Below, piece after piece: positions 1 through 10,846 of a stretch of 64,000 nt of DNA (positions are counted from its first letter, which is position 1; each line of letters begins with the position of its first letter). Source of the stretch: Giardia intestinalis. Taxonomy: Eukaryota. The translations under genes and the position numbers were made by a program. The notes under the pieces are model-generated. The model was not told the DNA's origin, searched no databases, and worked only from the letters and a program-made list of their open reading frames with translations. The stretch lies in the NCBI GenBank assembly GCA_000002435.2, contig CM018789.1. One strand, 5' to 3'.

Positions 1-103
1 TATACCAGGTCCAAATAATGGCCAGAACCACCTTCTGTCTGGATCTGATTCTGAGGAAGATACGATTGGTGCCCAATATCCCAATCCTATAGCTCTAGCT
101 ATT

Positions 104-1807
104 ATGAACAACTGCTGTACGCAGCAGTTGCCACTGCAAGCTATAATACCTAATTTTCAATCCACTAACATTTGTGCAACATATTCTTCCCCCATGACCC
201 TCAAGCAGGACTACTCTGCTGCAAGAGCTATATACCCAGACGAAAAACATGTCTACTTTGACTACAAGGGATATAGTGACGAGGTGAAGCGTCTAGAGTC
301 TATACAGGATTATGAGCATAAGGAGGGAGAGTTCAAAAGTCTAGAGGAGTCAGCAGATGATGAGGAAGTGTCTTTATATTCTGACAGGCTGCAGACAGGA
401 TTTATGGTTATTCTACTTGGTTTGGTGAAGCATGTTTATCGCTGCATTAGACGGCGTTCATACACAAGTCTCCTCGTCGATCCAAATTTTGTTCAAACGG
501 GTGCTTCATCAATCTCAATTCCTAAATTTAAAACAGATATGTTCCACTATTTAATAACAACAAAAGATAAAGAGCAACCTTATTATGTCCTTCCGACGTC
601 GTCTTTTGCAAGCGAGGAGGATTTTTCTAGCACGATATTTACAGAAGAGAGCGTAATACAAGCTCTTAGGAGGATTGTTCCAGGGAATATACAAACTAAC
701 ATAACCTCTGTTGTACAGGAGTCGGGAAAGTATGACGATGTCTTTGATTATGCCAGCTTCCTAGCATTACTCTCACCAGAGTTCCAGAGCTTCATGAAGT
801 ACTTTGTTCACACACCCTTCTTCGAAGAGTTTCTAGAATCGAGACTTCTTTTCCCCTCTCAGCTGGATGGATATTCTTATCATCCGATTTTCAAGCAAAT
901 AGCATTATTTTCACCAAAGCATTCTGACTCTGCCTTCACAAGCATTACAAGCACCTTTTCTGATAGTTGTGCCTCATCCGTTGCTGTGCCCTTTTTTTCT
1001 TTCTTGCCCAACGGGAGCCAGCAGCAATATACTTCTCTTCAGCTGAATGATTGCATCTCGGATACAACTGTGATGACACTCAGTGGCGACGAGCAGAGCT
1101 CTAGACCATCTTCTCCAGTGAATAACCACGGCTCTAGCTCGTTGCTGATTCACTCAGGTGAAATGGACCTTGTGGATGACATAATGGCTCTTAACTTTCT
1201 TCACAGGAATGCCCGAAGAGAAGCGCAGGAGCGATACTCATTTGAATTTCAGGCATTCAAACGAGGCCAGAGAAGACATGTTTGGAGGCCGAAGCAGGTG
1301 ACGCTTGTGACTAGTGCAACGAGGATCGTTATCCACTGGCGCAAGAATGACATCAAAGAGGTAAAATCGGTATCAGTATTAACTGAAGTTGACAGAGCAA
1401 ACCAATTGCGAGACAAAGATTCAGATGATGAGACCGCAGACAGCAGTACAATGGAGCTAATTCCTGGCCAGTACATCACTTTTGTTCCTTATCAGCCACT
1501 TTTAGAAAGTGCAGAGCACACTAACTGTATTTGTATATATGCAGATACCCGGCTCTTATTATTCTCCTTGAAGACACCAGAGCATCAGAGAGCTATGCTC
1601 AGCATTCTGATGCGGTCAGAGGTTCAAAGTAATGAACGCCTGAACTCCGAACAACCGTCAACTAAGTTTATTCTTGATACAAGGAGGGGACGCAGCAAAG
1701 CATTAGGCCACCTTATGAATGCTCTCGATAATGAAGACAGGATCCTTAAGCGCCAATTAGAAGATTTTATCATAGACGTGTATAGCGGAATACCCTTAGA
1801 CAAATAG
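104..1807 (+). CDS. hypothetical protein (567 aa)
   Basis: Long ATG-initiated ORF with no competing antisense ORF; no protein family recognisable by eye (possible PH-like fold near C-terminus is only a guess). Confidence 0.45.
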   Translation: MNNCCTQQLPLQAIIPNFQSTNICATYSSPMTLKQDYSAARAIYPDEKHVYFDYKGYSDEVKRLESIQDYEHKEGEFKSLEESADDEEVSLYSDRLQTGFMVILLGLVKHVYRCIRRRSYTSLLVDPNFVQTGASSISIPKFKTDMFHYLITTKDKEQPYYVLPTSSFASEEDFSSTIFTEESVIQALRRIVPGNIQTNITSVVQESGKYDDVFDYASFLALLSPEFQSFMKYFVHTPFFEEFLESRLLFPSQLDGYSYHPIFKQIALFSPKHSDSAFTSITSTFSDSCASSVAVPFFSFLPNGSQQQYTSLQLNDCISDTTVMTLSGDEQSSRPSSPVNNHGSSSLLIHSGEMDLVDDIMALNFLHRNARREAQERYSFEFQAFKRGQRRHVWRPKQVTLVTSATRIVIHWRKNDIKEVKSVSVLTEVDRANQLRDKDSDDETADSSTMELIPGQYITFVPYQPLLESAEHTNCICIYADTRLLLFSLKTPEHQRAMLSILMRSEVQSNERLNSEQPSTKFILDTRRGRSKALGHLMNALDNEDRILKRQLEDFIIDVYSGIPLDK

Positions 1808-1896
1808 TATAGCACCATCCACTTGTAAATATACTCCTCAACGACTATACTCCTAACAACACAATTTACTGAAGGGTCGCCAAGAGACGCCACTGT

Positions 1897-2883
1897 TCAT
1901 GCCGTCTCGGACACGCGATAAATCTTGACCTCGTCGTATGCGGATAACGTAAGCTTAGCATTCACCATTCCCATAAGGAGCTTCTGACCAGGCTTGAGGT
2001 TTCCGCGCATCTCAAACTGCTTGGATGCATTCTTAGTCTTCTCTCGGCTGGGCTCATACACAAGCTGGCACTGGTCATTGTTGAATGCATAGTATATGGG
2101 CCAAGTTGTTTCGCCGAGAACGGGGACGCGGCCGACAACTGCAACAGGCTTGTCGGAGATGTTTTCAATCAAGTAGCAATCCACACGGCCGCACGGGGAA
2201 TGGTGAAGGAACTTGAGGCGATCTGATAGCTCGCCCTTGTACGCATAGTCGCTACCCTTTTCAGCTACCAAGGTTGCAATCGAGGCCCCAAACGACAAAA
2301 GAGTACGAGAAGTTTCCTCCTTGTCAATGTCGCACTCACTAAAGTATTTCTCAAGAGACTCAATGTTCATTTCTGTTTGAGGAACATCAGAGCAGAGGTC
2401 TATTATGAGGGACTTGGGTTTGGGACCCGAAATCATCATGCAGCTAAGACCCTTGGACGGAGCAACACAGCCAATATTCTTATCACCCGCCTCCACGATC
2501 CCGGCCGCTGTTGCCACCATCGCATCGGACGAGTACTTTGGAAGACAGCTAATAGGCGCATCTACAAGAGAAACAACTGACACAACTGTGATATTATTAC
2601 GCGCACAAACATAGACATCGGCAAAAGGGTATGCACCGGAAGAAATAAGGCTCCAGTCAGCACCTGCTAGTTTAACCAGAAGATCCTTGACCTCCTGGGG
2701 AGCTGTTTCATGTCCCTTCTCTCTAATCGAGTTGATTGCCTCCTCACAGAGCTCCTTCGGAGACGGTCCGCCCTTAACGCCGTAGGACGATACCACATTA
2801 AAATGCTCAAACTTATCATATGTCACTTCGTCGTCCATAACGTGATCAGCACCATCTGCAACATGAGAAGAACCGCAGCCCAT
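1897..2883 (-). CDS. hypothetical protein; N-terminus MGCGSS (dual-acylation-like motif) after re-setting start
   Basis: ORF track 1897..2940 starts on a TTG; first in-frame ATG (plus-strand cat at 2881-2883) gives MGCGSSHV...; A/T-rich sequence immediately upstream. Confidence 0.45.
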   Translation of the reverse strand: MGCGSSHVADGADHVMDDEVTYDKFEHFNVVSSYGVKGGPSPKELCEEAINSIREKGHETAPQEVKDLLVKLAGADWSLISSGAYPFADVYVCARNNITVVSVVSLVDAPISCLPKYSSDAMVATAAGIVEAGDKNIGCVAPSKGLSCMMISGPKPKSLIIDLCSDVPQTEMNIESLEKYFSECDIDKEETSRTLLSFGASIATLVAEKGSDYAYKGELSDRLKFLHHSPCGRVDCYLIENISDKPVAVVGRVPVLGETTWPIYYAFNNDQCQLVYEPSREKTKNASKQFEMRGNLKPGQKLLMGMVNAKLTLSAYDEVKIYRVSETA

Positions 2884-5800
2884 TAATATTTTTATTCTGA
2901 GTCCTTTTGCCTGTCCTTTGTTGTATTTTCTGTTGTCCAAGAATTATCTCTTTGAGTTAAAACATGCAATATATTATGAAGTACTTGCATTATCAGCACG
3001 CGTGCCCCGGGCTGCCTGCATATGGATGCGCGCTTTCTGCCCGGCGAGTCTGCACAAGCAAGGAAAGCTAGACAGATTCCATCGTCCGCCTGCATGAACT
3101 GTGCATGTGCCCATGTCCTTCGAGCAAGAAGCCTGCAAGAGCTCCCTAGACATCACCGCACTCTCCGAGCATTGGACTGTGTACCCAAAAAGCAACAGTC
3201 CCTGCATGTTCGGCATACAGCTCCCCTGTTATCGTTTGGTCGTAGAGTAAAGGCAGATGACCCCGTCGATGATTCGTCCATCTGTCTGTTGCTTCCGGCC
3301 TTGTAGTGTTACAACTCCTGTATACGAGTGTGGACCGAAGCTCGTGCAGGCAAGCCTGCTCCATTTATCGTTTGTCCTATGACGAAGGCAGGTCGGTATG
3401 TGGATTAGAGACCATCGCCCCGGGCGGAGCTGGTATCTTCCAGTAGATTTCCCGCCTGTACAAGTTCTCGAGCAGAGAGCGAGCGCCCTGGCCACAACTG
3501 TGTAGAATGTTATCGAGGAAGGGTCCAGCAAAGAAGAACGGCTCTAGCGCGGCGCAAACTATGAGTGTGTCTAAGTACTGCAGGTTAGGACGATCTATCA
3601 CGGCATGATTGTTGGTGTCTGTTCTTTGTCTAAAGAGGAAACTCACCAAGAGCTGGGAGTCAGACACACACTTGTCAACTAGTGTAGGGTAGTAGACATA
3701 GTCATCATCATTCATCAGGTGGATTATTGCGATAAGAGCTGAGGAGGTATGAACAACATGCTCCCAGTTATCTACAGAGCAAACAGTTTTCCTCGCTTTC
3801 AGATTGCAGAAGCACTTCAGAGGGCTCTAGCAAGCATTGAAAAACTGTCACTCTTGAGATTGTGTTAATACCTATATGACAGCCAAGCTAGCAGACACGG
3901 CAGCGTTGATCAAACGAAGCTTTGGGAATGTGGCCACTCAGTACGATTATTGTTGTCAACCTACTTCTAATTGGCGGTGGTGCTTTTCCCAAGTCAAGCT
4001 AAAATGATTAAGAAAAAGACTAGTCACGAACAAATTATAGCCGAAGGCCACCCTGAGATGACGAGAAGGATACACGACTGAATAACGATAGAGACGCATA
4101 GTGTGGGGGACGAAGGTACTGTCTGAAGCTCCAAGAAGACCCATTAGAACCAGGGCATAAATTGGCGAGGAGTCCCACAGCTTAATCACCGACCTATCTC
4201 TGTCTTCGGATATATCGGTAGATAAAGCGTGTTTATCCTTAGGACTCTTGGCTTACGTCTGTAAGCGGGCTCTGGCAATTCAATATGCAAGGTTCTTTTC
4301 TAGCATGACATACTGTACCTCATGTGACGCTTAAGCATGGCCCCTTTTACGTCTCTTTAGGTCGCAACATCTGGACGGACCTGTGAACATGTGTACTAAG
4401 ATGTAGCATCAAGGCATCTTCGAGTCAAAGGCTGTATCTGTGTGAGATTGACGCAGCTTTTAAGAAAAGTGTCGGCACTCTTGCTAACTACCTAGCTAAA
4501 GGAAGAGGGCAACGACTACAAGCGATATGACAGCTCCTGTTTTTGGTATTGAACCCCGGTTAACGTTCTCTGTTAGTGATTTGCTACAAGGGAAGGCACC
4601 GGGACTTCTTCTAATACCACACTTGTTTGCTCTATGTTTATCTGGTCATCACAAAAGTCTGTTGATACGTATATTTAAGCTATAAGGTAGCGTCATGGTG
4701 TGTTGAACAACAAATTCATTGTCCATGCCAAGGTGAATGGCCTCCATCAATAGGCGTTCGCTCTGCTCTGTCGCCTCACTTATACGAAGAGAACTGTGCT
4801 CCGTCTGTGGTTTCTAAAGTCAAGGTCACTTTACAATTCAGCATCTTACTTCATGGTTTTTTAGATTACAGCCATTGTACTATGGTGCAGCAGAAGGAAC
4901 CGTATGCTATGTCACAGGGCCCCTGGTAACAGGGTGCTTTGGAATATCGTTATCTTGACCGTGTCCCGATACTAGATGGGCTCCAGTTTAACTATCTAAG
5001 CAACGCCTGCTCATATCATCTACCATTTATCTGCACATTCATTGAGGGGCCTGACTGGCACAATAAGGAATGCTTCCGTAGCAGTTGAGAGTGCACGTTA
5101 GCCTTGCTTAGCAAATACCTGGTGTGGAAACAACATAGACTCGAGGTGGATGCTTGTGGGGTAAAAGGGCCTGGAAAGATAGATAATAATATCTTCGAAT
5201 GTTTTATCTGCTGAATTGATTGCCAGTCCAAGAAGCTTGACATAGCGAAAGTCCCTCCATTCCCTTACTGTGTTCGTGGAAGTGACTATGTCTTCGACGT
5301 GACATAGGCCGAACTCCAGCTCTGTATCACATACATCGATAGGACAGACAGAGCATACACCAGAGATTTATCACAACACATAGTTTCAAGAGCTTGTAGA
5401 AATCGTCCTTGCGAGTTAGCTATTTCAACCTTCTACGCATTTAAAGAGACAGGCCACTTGTGTGGGGAGTCGGACACCAGCTATTGGTAAGATAACTGTA
5501 AAAGAAGCTATAGCGACTTCAATTGTAGTGATCTTGCTCAGAATTTTCTTGGATGCATAAGGTGCTTTACCTTTCCTTGAAACCATAGAAACCCATCGCT
5601 GAACTCCAAGCTAGATGGCTTCTGGCGCGGAATTCTATGTGATGATCATACATATGTAAATCGTCTATGGTAGGCTGGCGCGAACCAGAGCAAAAGCCAT
5701 GCTGTTTAGGCTCACGGTGCCAGTGATGATATAATCTACTGTATAAGCCGATCAACGGATTCTTTCACGGTGTTCTAGCCACAGGCGCCTGGAGTTATAG

Positions 5801-5892
5801 ATCTAAGCCTGAGCCGCAGCCGGAGAGCCCGTCACGCGAGACGAAGTAAAACTAAGGTCATACTTCACGGCAATTTACTTCATCCTGCAAAA

Positions 5893-8800
5893 TTATGTGC
5901 GCTTGCACAGGAACCACCACAGGAGAAAACTGACCAGGCCTGTGACAAGGAGGATTGCTGTTACGGATACCCCGGCTATCATGGCCGTCTTCCTTGCCGA
6001 GCTCGGGGCTGGGGCTGGAACCGGATCTGGGACTGGATCTGGGCCGGGCTTGGGCGTCGGAATGATGCTCGGGAGCGCATCAAAGGAGTAGCAGAGGACG
6101 GATCCGACCTTGCCCTCAGGAGGCATGCAGCAAGTGCATCCGTTGACCCCTTTCATGCCGTTGTTGTCCGCACCGCACGCTGTGCATGTGAACGCCGATC
6201 CAGTTGTCGACTGGTAGTACCCTGTGTCACAGAGGGTGCACATCTGCGGATTGTCCGGGGCAATGCAGGTGACGCAGCCCTGGGCGCATTTCTGGCACTG
6301 GCCGTCCACGCTCACATACCCCAGCTTGCACCTCACACAGGCGTCGGCCGTGCATTCGGCGCAGTTTGCGATCGAGCACTCTTGAAGGATGCCCGACTCG
6401 CTGACCATCTTTCCGTGCGCGCCCTTGGTGCACACGCCCCTCTCCTCTGCATGGCAGACGGTGCGTCCAGGATATGTGTCCACCTGGTAGCATCCTCCCG
6501 ACAGGAGGAAGTATCCGTCTGCACAACTCGTGCAGGCGCCGTCGACCACAGAGACGCACGCAGACCCTGCCCGTGCGGAGGGCCCGACGCATTTGCCGTT
6601 CAGAGGGAACGCGGTCTGCACGCTGCATACAGAGCAGTAGCTTGCCCCGTCGATGCTCGCGTCGCACCTCTTGCAGCCGTCGGCTGACGGGGTACACGGT
6701 TTCTTGCACTCCCCGACCCCCGATTCAGACGTTACCGCGTAGCCCGACGGGCAAGACACGCAGCTACTGGGGCCCTTAGCTACGCAGGTGGCGCACGTGC
6801 TGTCGCAAGGAGTGCAGACTCCGTTGTCGGAGAAGTACCCGTCCGAGCACACAGCGCAAAAATTACCGGCTCCACACTCTTTGCAGTTCGAGATCTCACA
6901 CAGAGCGCACCTTGCGGGGCTCTTCTCCGTGGCATCAAGTGCGTAGTGCCCGGGAATGCTTCTGCAGTTGTCCACGCAGGTCCCCACACTGGTGAGGAAG
7001 AACCCGGGTCCACAACGCCGACACTTCTTGCCCTCAGTACACTCGGCGCAATCTGGGACCGTGCATGAACCCATGGTCTTGGTGGTGCATGTGCCTGCCT
7101 GATCCAGAACGTACCCGACCATGCAGTGTGTGCACACCTCCCCCTGGTCATCCATCCTGCACCGCTCGCAGTTCACCGTGGTACAGGGGCGGCAGACGCC
7201 GTCTTGGTTCTCATAGCCGGCGGCACATGCATTGCAAAGACCAAGACCGTAGTTGTTTCCATTAACGTAACCAGGAACACCTGCCCAGGTACAGATGCTT
7301 TTTCCGGGCTCCTTGCTCTCCTGGTAGCAGCCGCCCATGTACAGGAAATACCCCGCACCACACTGAAGACAGCTCCGCGCTGAGTCAAAACCTACGCCAG
7401 TCACGCAGCCACTGGGGTGTGCGCTTGCCACGTTAGTGCAAATGCCGTCCACAGGCGCGTGTTCATCTGTTTTGCACAAGCTACAGTACAGCTTCTCGCC
7501 TATTCCCACCACGCACGAACCCGCCGCGCAATTGGGGTCCTCACAGTGGGACAGGCACTTGCCACCAACTAATACATAGCCAGCTTTGCAAGCGATGCAT
7601 CTAACCGAGTCACCTTTCGCGCTACATTCTCTACAACCATTAATCCCTTTAGGATTGGTTGTGTCTCCACATTCGATGCATTGGCCACGGTTATACCCAG
7701 TAAGAACAAAGAAGTGTGTCCGGAGGTGACAAGATGTGCAGTCATTCTCTTCCGAGCCTCTACATGTAGCGCACCCCTCGCTACAAGGAAGGCATTTGAG
7801 AGCGAAGGGGTGTCCATACATCCCATAGCCACATTGCCACGCATCTACGCAAACTCCGATGTTTTTATGTATGGGCGATAAGTATTTTTTAGGATGACAT
7901 GTGAGGCATTGCTCTGGACTTTCTCCTACGCATGTCTTACAGTCATTGTGGCATCGTTTGCAAAACCTCGGATCGTAGTATCCGTCGATGCAGGATTCGC
8001 ACGTGTTTGTGTCTTGAGCACACGTCTTACAGTACGGGTCCCGGCAGCGTACGCAAATACCTTTATCATTCCGAAATCCACTTGCACATGTCTTACATAA
8101 CCCAATTTCCTCGGGCTTGGTCCCGACTTCTACGCAAACAAAGTTCTTCTCTTCGAGCTCTACCTGATAACATCCTCCTTGGTGAAAGAAGAAACCTGGA
8201 CCACACTTTTCGCAGCGTCCTTTGCTGGCAATGCAGGCGCGTCGGTTATTGGGCGTGAGTTCGGAACACATACCGTTGAGGGGCGCATGTCCTTCTTTGC
8301 AGCGAGAGCAGAGAAGCTCATTCCTCCAAACGACGTCACAGGCGTCTGCCTCACAATACTCAGATGGATCATCACATTCTTTCCTGCATTGTCCATCAAT
8401 AAGTAAACGGTTCGACTCGCACTCTGTGCACTCAACCACCCCGGGGGTACTGGGACGAGTGCAAGCCTTGCAATTTGCTACTCCTTTCCATCCAGCGTGT
8501 CCCTGCTCGTCTCCACAGGAAACACACCTCCCCGTTCCATTCTCTGCTGCCAGAAAATAGCCCTCCGATTCATTGCAAGAGGTGCAATCTGTTTCATTAG
8601 GTCCTTCGCAGGTTTGACACGCACCAGAGCATTTTTTGCATTGTCGCAGCTGAGTAGGGGCTACGTAGAAGCCAACTCCACACTGAGAGACGCAAACACG
8701 CTTGGTTGTTCCCTTAAGATACCCGCGACCACAAACTGCACACGAATCATCAGCCGCACACCTAGGGCAGTCTGGGATCTCGCATCTGTAGCAAATGTCT

Positions 8801-9348
8801 CCGTTCGGATTAGGCTTGTGTGTCGAGAGCTTACACTTGACACATAGGGCCACGTCAGGACCCTTAGACTTAGACGGCGAGAGGCAATGCAGGCAACCGG
8901 CAACTCCTACAAAGTCCGCCACTCCTGTTGTGTCATCACACCGAACACACGAATCGACTGTTTGCGACGCTGCAGGGTTCCTAAAGAAACCAGACGTACA
9001 AGACTTGCAAACTCCTTTATCGCACTCGCTACATATAAGGTTCCCGGGGTAAAGATTACCGCACGCGTAGCAGCCTCCTTTGTATAGATACATGGAGTCT
9101 GTACACATCCCGCACCTCTTTTCGCTTACAATGGGTGTACCATCTGCACTCTTGCATGAAGAGTGTTGCTCGCTATCATACTTAATGCAGTGTCCGTTGA
9201 AGGGTATGTAGCCAGCATTCCTACACTCTGTGCACAGCTCGTGGCCGTTGATCTCCTCGCAACGGTCCTCTGCGCAATCGCTGACCTGGTTGGAGTGTGT
9301 ACACTTCGCTGCTTGAAAGGCGATCAGCAGACCAAGGACCGCAAGCAT
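5893..9348 (-). CDS. high-cysteine membrane protein (HCMP; VSP-like Cys-rich type I membrane protein without CRGKA tail)
   Basis: 1151 aa, ~12% Cys, many CXXC/CXC and GGCY motifs (KGGCYACG, QGGCYQVE, MGGCYQESK, SGGCYQVD), N-terminal signal peptide MLAVLGLLIAFQAA, Pro-rich stalk, single C-terminal TM (IAGVSVTAILLVTGLVSFLLWWFL) and short tail CKRT. Confidence 0.8.
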   Translation of the reverse strand: MLAVLGLLIAFQAAKCTHSNQVSDCAEDRCEEINGHELCTECRNAGYIPFNGHCIKYDSEQHSSCKSADGTPIVSEKRCGMCTDSMYLYKGGCYACGNLYPGNLICSECDKGVCKSCTSGFFRNPAASQTVDSCVRCDDTTGVADFVGVAGCLHCLSPSKSKGPDVALCVKCKLSTHKPNPNGDICYRCEIPDCPRCAADDSCAVCGRGYLKGTTKRVCVSQCGVGFYVAPTQLRQCKKCSGACQTCEGPNETDCTSCNESEGYFLAAENGTGRCVSCGDEQGHAGWKGVANCKACTRPSTPGVVECTECESNRLLIDGQCRKECDDPSEYCEADACDVVWRNELLCSRCKEGHAPLNGMCSELTPNNRRACIASKGRCEKCGPGFFFHQGGCYQVELEEKNFVCVEVGTKPEEIGLCKTCASGFRNDKGICVRCRDPYCKTCAQDTNTCESCIDGYYDPRFCKRCHNDCKTCVGESPEQCLTCHPKKYLSPIHKNIGVCVDAWQCGYGMYGHPFALKCLPCSEGCATCRGSEENDCTSCHLRTHFFVLTGYNRGQCIECGDTTNPKGINGCRECSAKGDSVRCIACKAGYVLVGGKCLSHCEDPNCAAGSCVVGIGEKLYCSLCKTDEHAPVDGICTNVASAHPSGCVTGVGFDSARSCLQCGAGYFLYMGGCYQESKEPGKSICTWAGVPGYVNGNNYGLGLCNACAAGYENQDGVCRPCTTVNCERCRMDDQGEVCTHCMVGYVLDQAGTCTTKTMGSCTVPDCAECTEGKKCRRCGPGFFLTSVGTCVDNCRSIPGHYALDATEKSPARCALCEISNCKECGAGNFCAVCSDGYFSDNGVCTPCDSTCATCVAKGPSSCVSCPSGYAVTSESGVGECKKPCTPSADGCKRCDASIDGASYCSVCSVQTAFPLNGKCVGPSARAGSACVSVVDGACTSCADGYFLLSGGCYQVDTYPGRTVCHAEERGVCTKGAHGKMVSESGILQECSIANCAECTADACVRCKLGYVSVDGQCQKCAQGCVTCIAPDNPQMCTLCDTGYYQSTTGSAFTCTACGADNNGMKGVNGCTCCMPPEGKVGSVLCYSFDALPSIIPTPKPGPDPVPDPVPAPAPSSARKTAMIAGVSVTAILLVTGLVSFLLWWFLCKRT

Positions 9349-9642
9349 TTAAATATAAACCAACGGAATATAATAAACTACATACTGCAAAAGTACAGAA
9401 CTAGGACTTTTGTCAGTAAAGTATACGCCACACCTCTGTCTGTAATTCTTGTGGGCAGTTGTTTGTAGAGAACAATTCTGAGATTTCCTCTTAAGATTGC
9501 AGGTAGGTCCAATCGGCGTTTCAGCTCACATCGCAGAAACCACCATATTATCTCCCTACGGTATGCTGCGTAGAATTGCTCGATTTATGACCATCAACCC
9601 TTAGATTTCTACTTACACTACATTTCGGCTTTCTCAGCGTTT

Positions 9643-10245
9643 ATGACGTTTTTATCGATTCTTGCAAAGGAAATAGGCAGTCCAGATTTGTGTGTCGAGC
9701 CTCGAGCATGCAGTTTGGATTTAACGTTGCAGAGGCCTTCGGACTCCGGCGGTCCTCCTTACAAATCAGTCACTAAGAAGTATGCCTCTCAGGCAGTAGA
9801 AGAAGATCAAAACCGTCTTGGACAGCGTGTAGGGCGATTTTCATGTAGCACAGGGTCTCCCAGCCTTGTAACTAGCCTGGCATTCATTCGCGATTCCCAC
9901 CACTTCTTGTTCTTAGCTGTCGATGAGGACCAGTGCCTCGGGATCCTGAAGGGAGGCATCAAGCATCTCTTTATGCTCGACAGCCAGAGCGAGACCCGCG
10001 AGATGGACGCGATGTGTTGCCTGGACTTCTACACCCATGAGACGGTGCAGCGCCGAGGGATCGGAACACGGCTCTTCCGCGCCATGGGGCTTCACACGCA
10101 TATCTCCGCTCAGGGCTGGGTTTTTGATCGACCCTCTCCGAAGTTGCTGGCCTTCCTCTCGAAGGTGTACGACATGCATGACTTCAAGGCCCAACCCAAC
10201 AACTTCCTCATGCTGGATGCATCCATTCGTCTTTGGGGGGGCTGA
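9643..10245 (+). CDS. ATAT1: alpha-tubulin N-acetyltransferase (MEC-17/alphaTAT1 family)
   Basis: Strong similarity to alphaTAT1 catalytic core: GIKHLFMLD...MCCLDFYTHETVQRRGIGTRLF...DRPSPKLLAFLSKVYDM...QPNNFLMLD matches human KKLFVLD...[22 protein letters not shown]...DRPSQKLLKFLNKHYNL...QVNNFVIF; divergent 295-bp promoter shared with HCMP. Confidence 0.75.
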   Translation: MTFLSILAKEIGSPDLCVEPRACSLDLTLQRPSDSGGPPYKSVTKKYASQAVEEDQNRLGQRVGRFSCSTGSPSLVTSLAFIRDSHHFLFLAVDEDQCLGILKGGIKHLFMLDSQSETREMDAMCCLDFYTHETVQRRGIGTRLFRAMGLHTHISAQGWVFDRPSPKLLAFLSKVYDMHDFKAQPNNFLMLDASIRLWGG

Positions 10246-10846
10246 GTTCAAGCAGTACAGGCGCAGCAAAAAGCACTATATTCCAGATGCATACCTACTT
10301 CCGGAGACCCGGGAAAGCGAGTATCTGGGCGAGGCGGAGCTTACCAAGAGGACGCTCATCAGGAAGTCAACAGCCGTCATTCCCCAAACTAAAACCACTC
10401 AATCAGAGGATGCGCCAGCTCGCGCCTTGACGGCAGATGAACTCCTGTCCAAGCGCTCTGTTGTTCTGCCCACAGCAAGCAGGACCCCTTCCCTTCCGAA
10501 TTAGCCCCAGTCCGTGGCAGTCGCATACATGAATAAACGTAAATGATAATGATTCACTTTACCCCTGGCTATGCCCAGTGCTGTGCTGCTGGAACCTACC
10601 TGTGGGCGTACTCAAGGACCTCACAGGTAAATTGTCGCTCAATTTTTGGCGATGTCCGGAGACGAGGGTTGGTCGTTGATGATATAACGAGAGAATCCTC
10701 TCCATTGATATATCCAGAGCCTGGTGCGCTCCTCTGCCGTTTCGCGGGCGTGTGCTCAGGCTGAGAGTGTGTGTCGGCCCTTTCGGGGTTCAGCTTACTT
10801 ACCCATCTGCGTCGTCCACCAGTGGCGCCTCTCCTTGGTCTGCCGC

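Larger units (their letters stand above)
2998..10846. repeat. segmental duplication copy 1 (direct repeat partner of 46829..54677)
   Basis: All six-frame ORF translations in this interval recur identically at +43831 bp; left edge defined where 2990s/46820s flanks diverge (acgcgtgccccgggctgcc begins both copies). Confidence 0.85.

Noticed and set aside
6227-8903. Numerous 60-160-aa ORFs on both strands inside the HCMP genes (all three copies)
   Set aside because: Nested within and out of frame with a 1151-aa Cys-rich ORF that has clear membrane-protein architecture; composition artefacts
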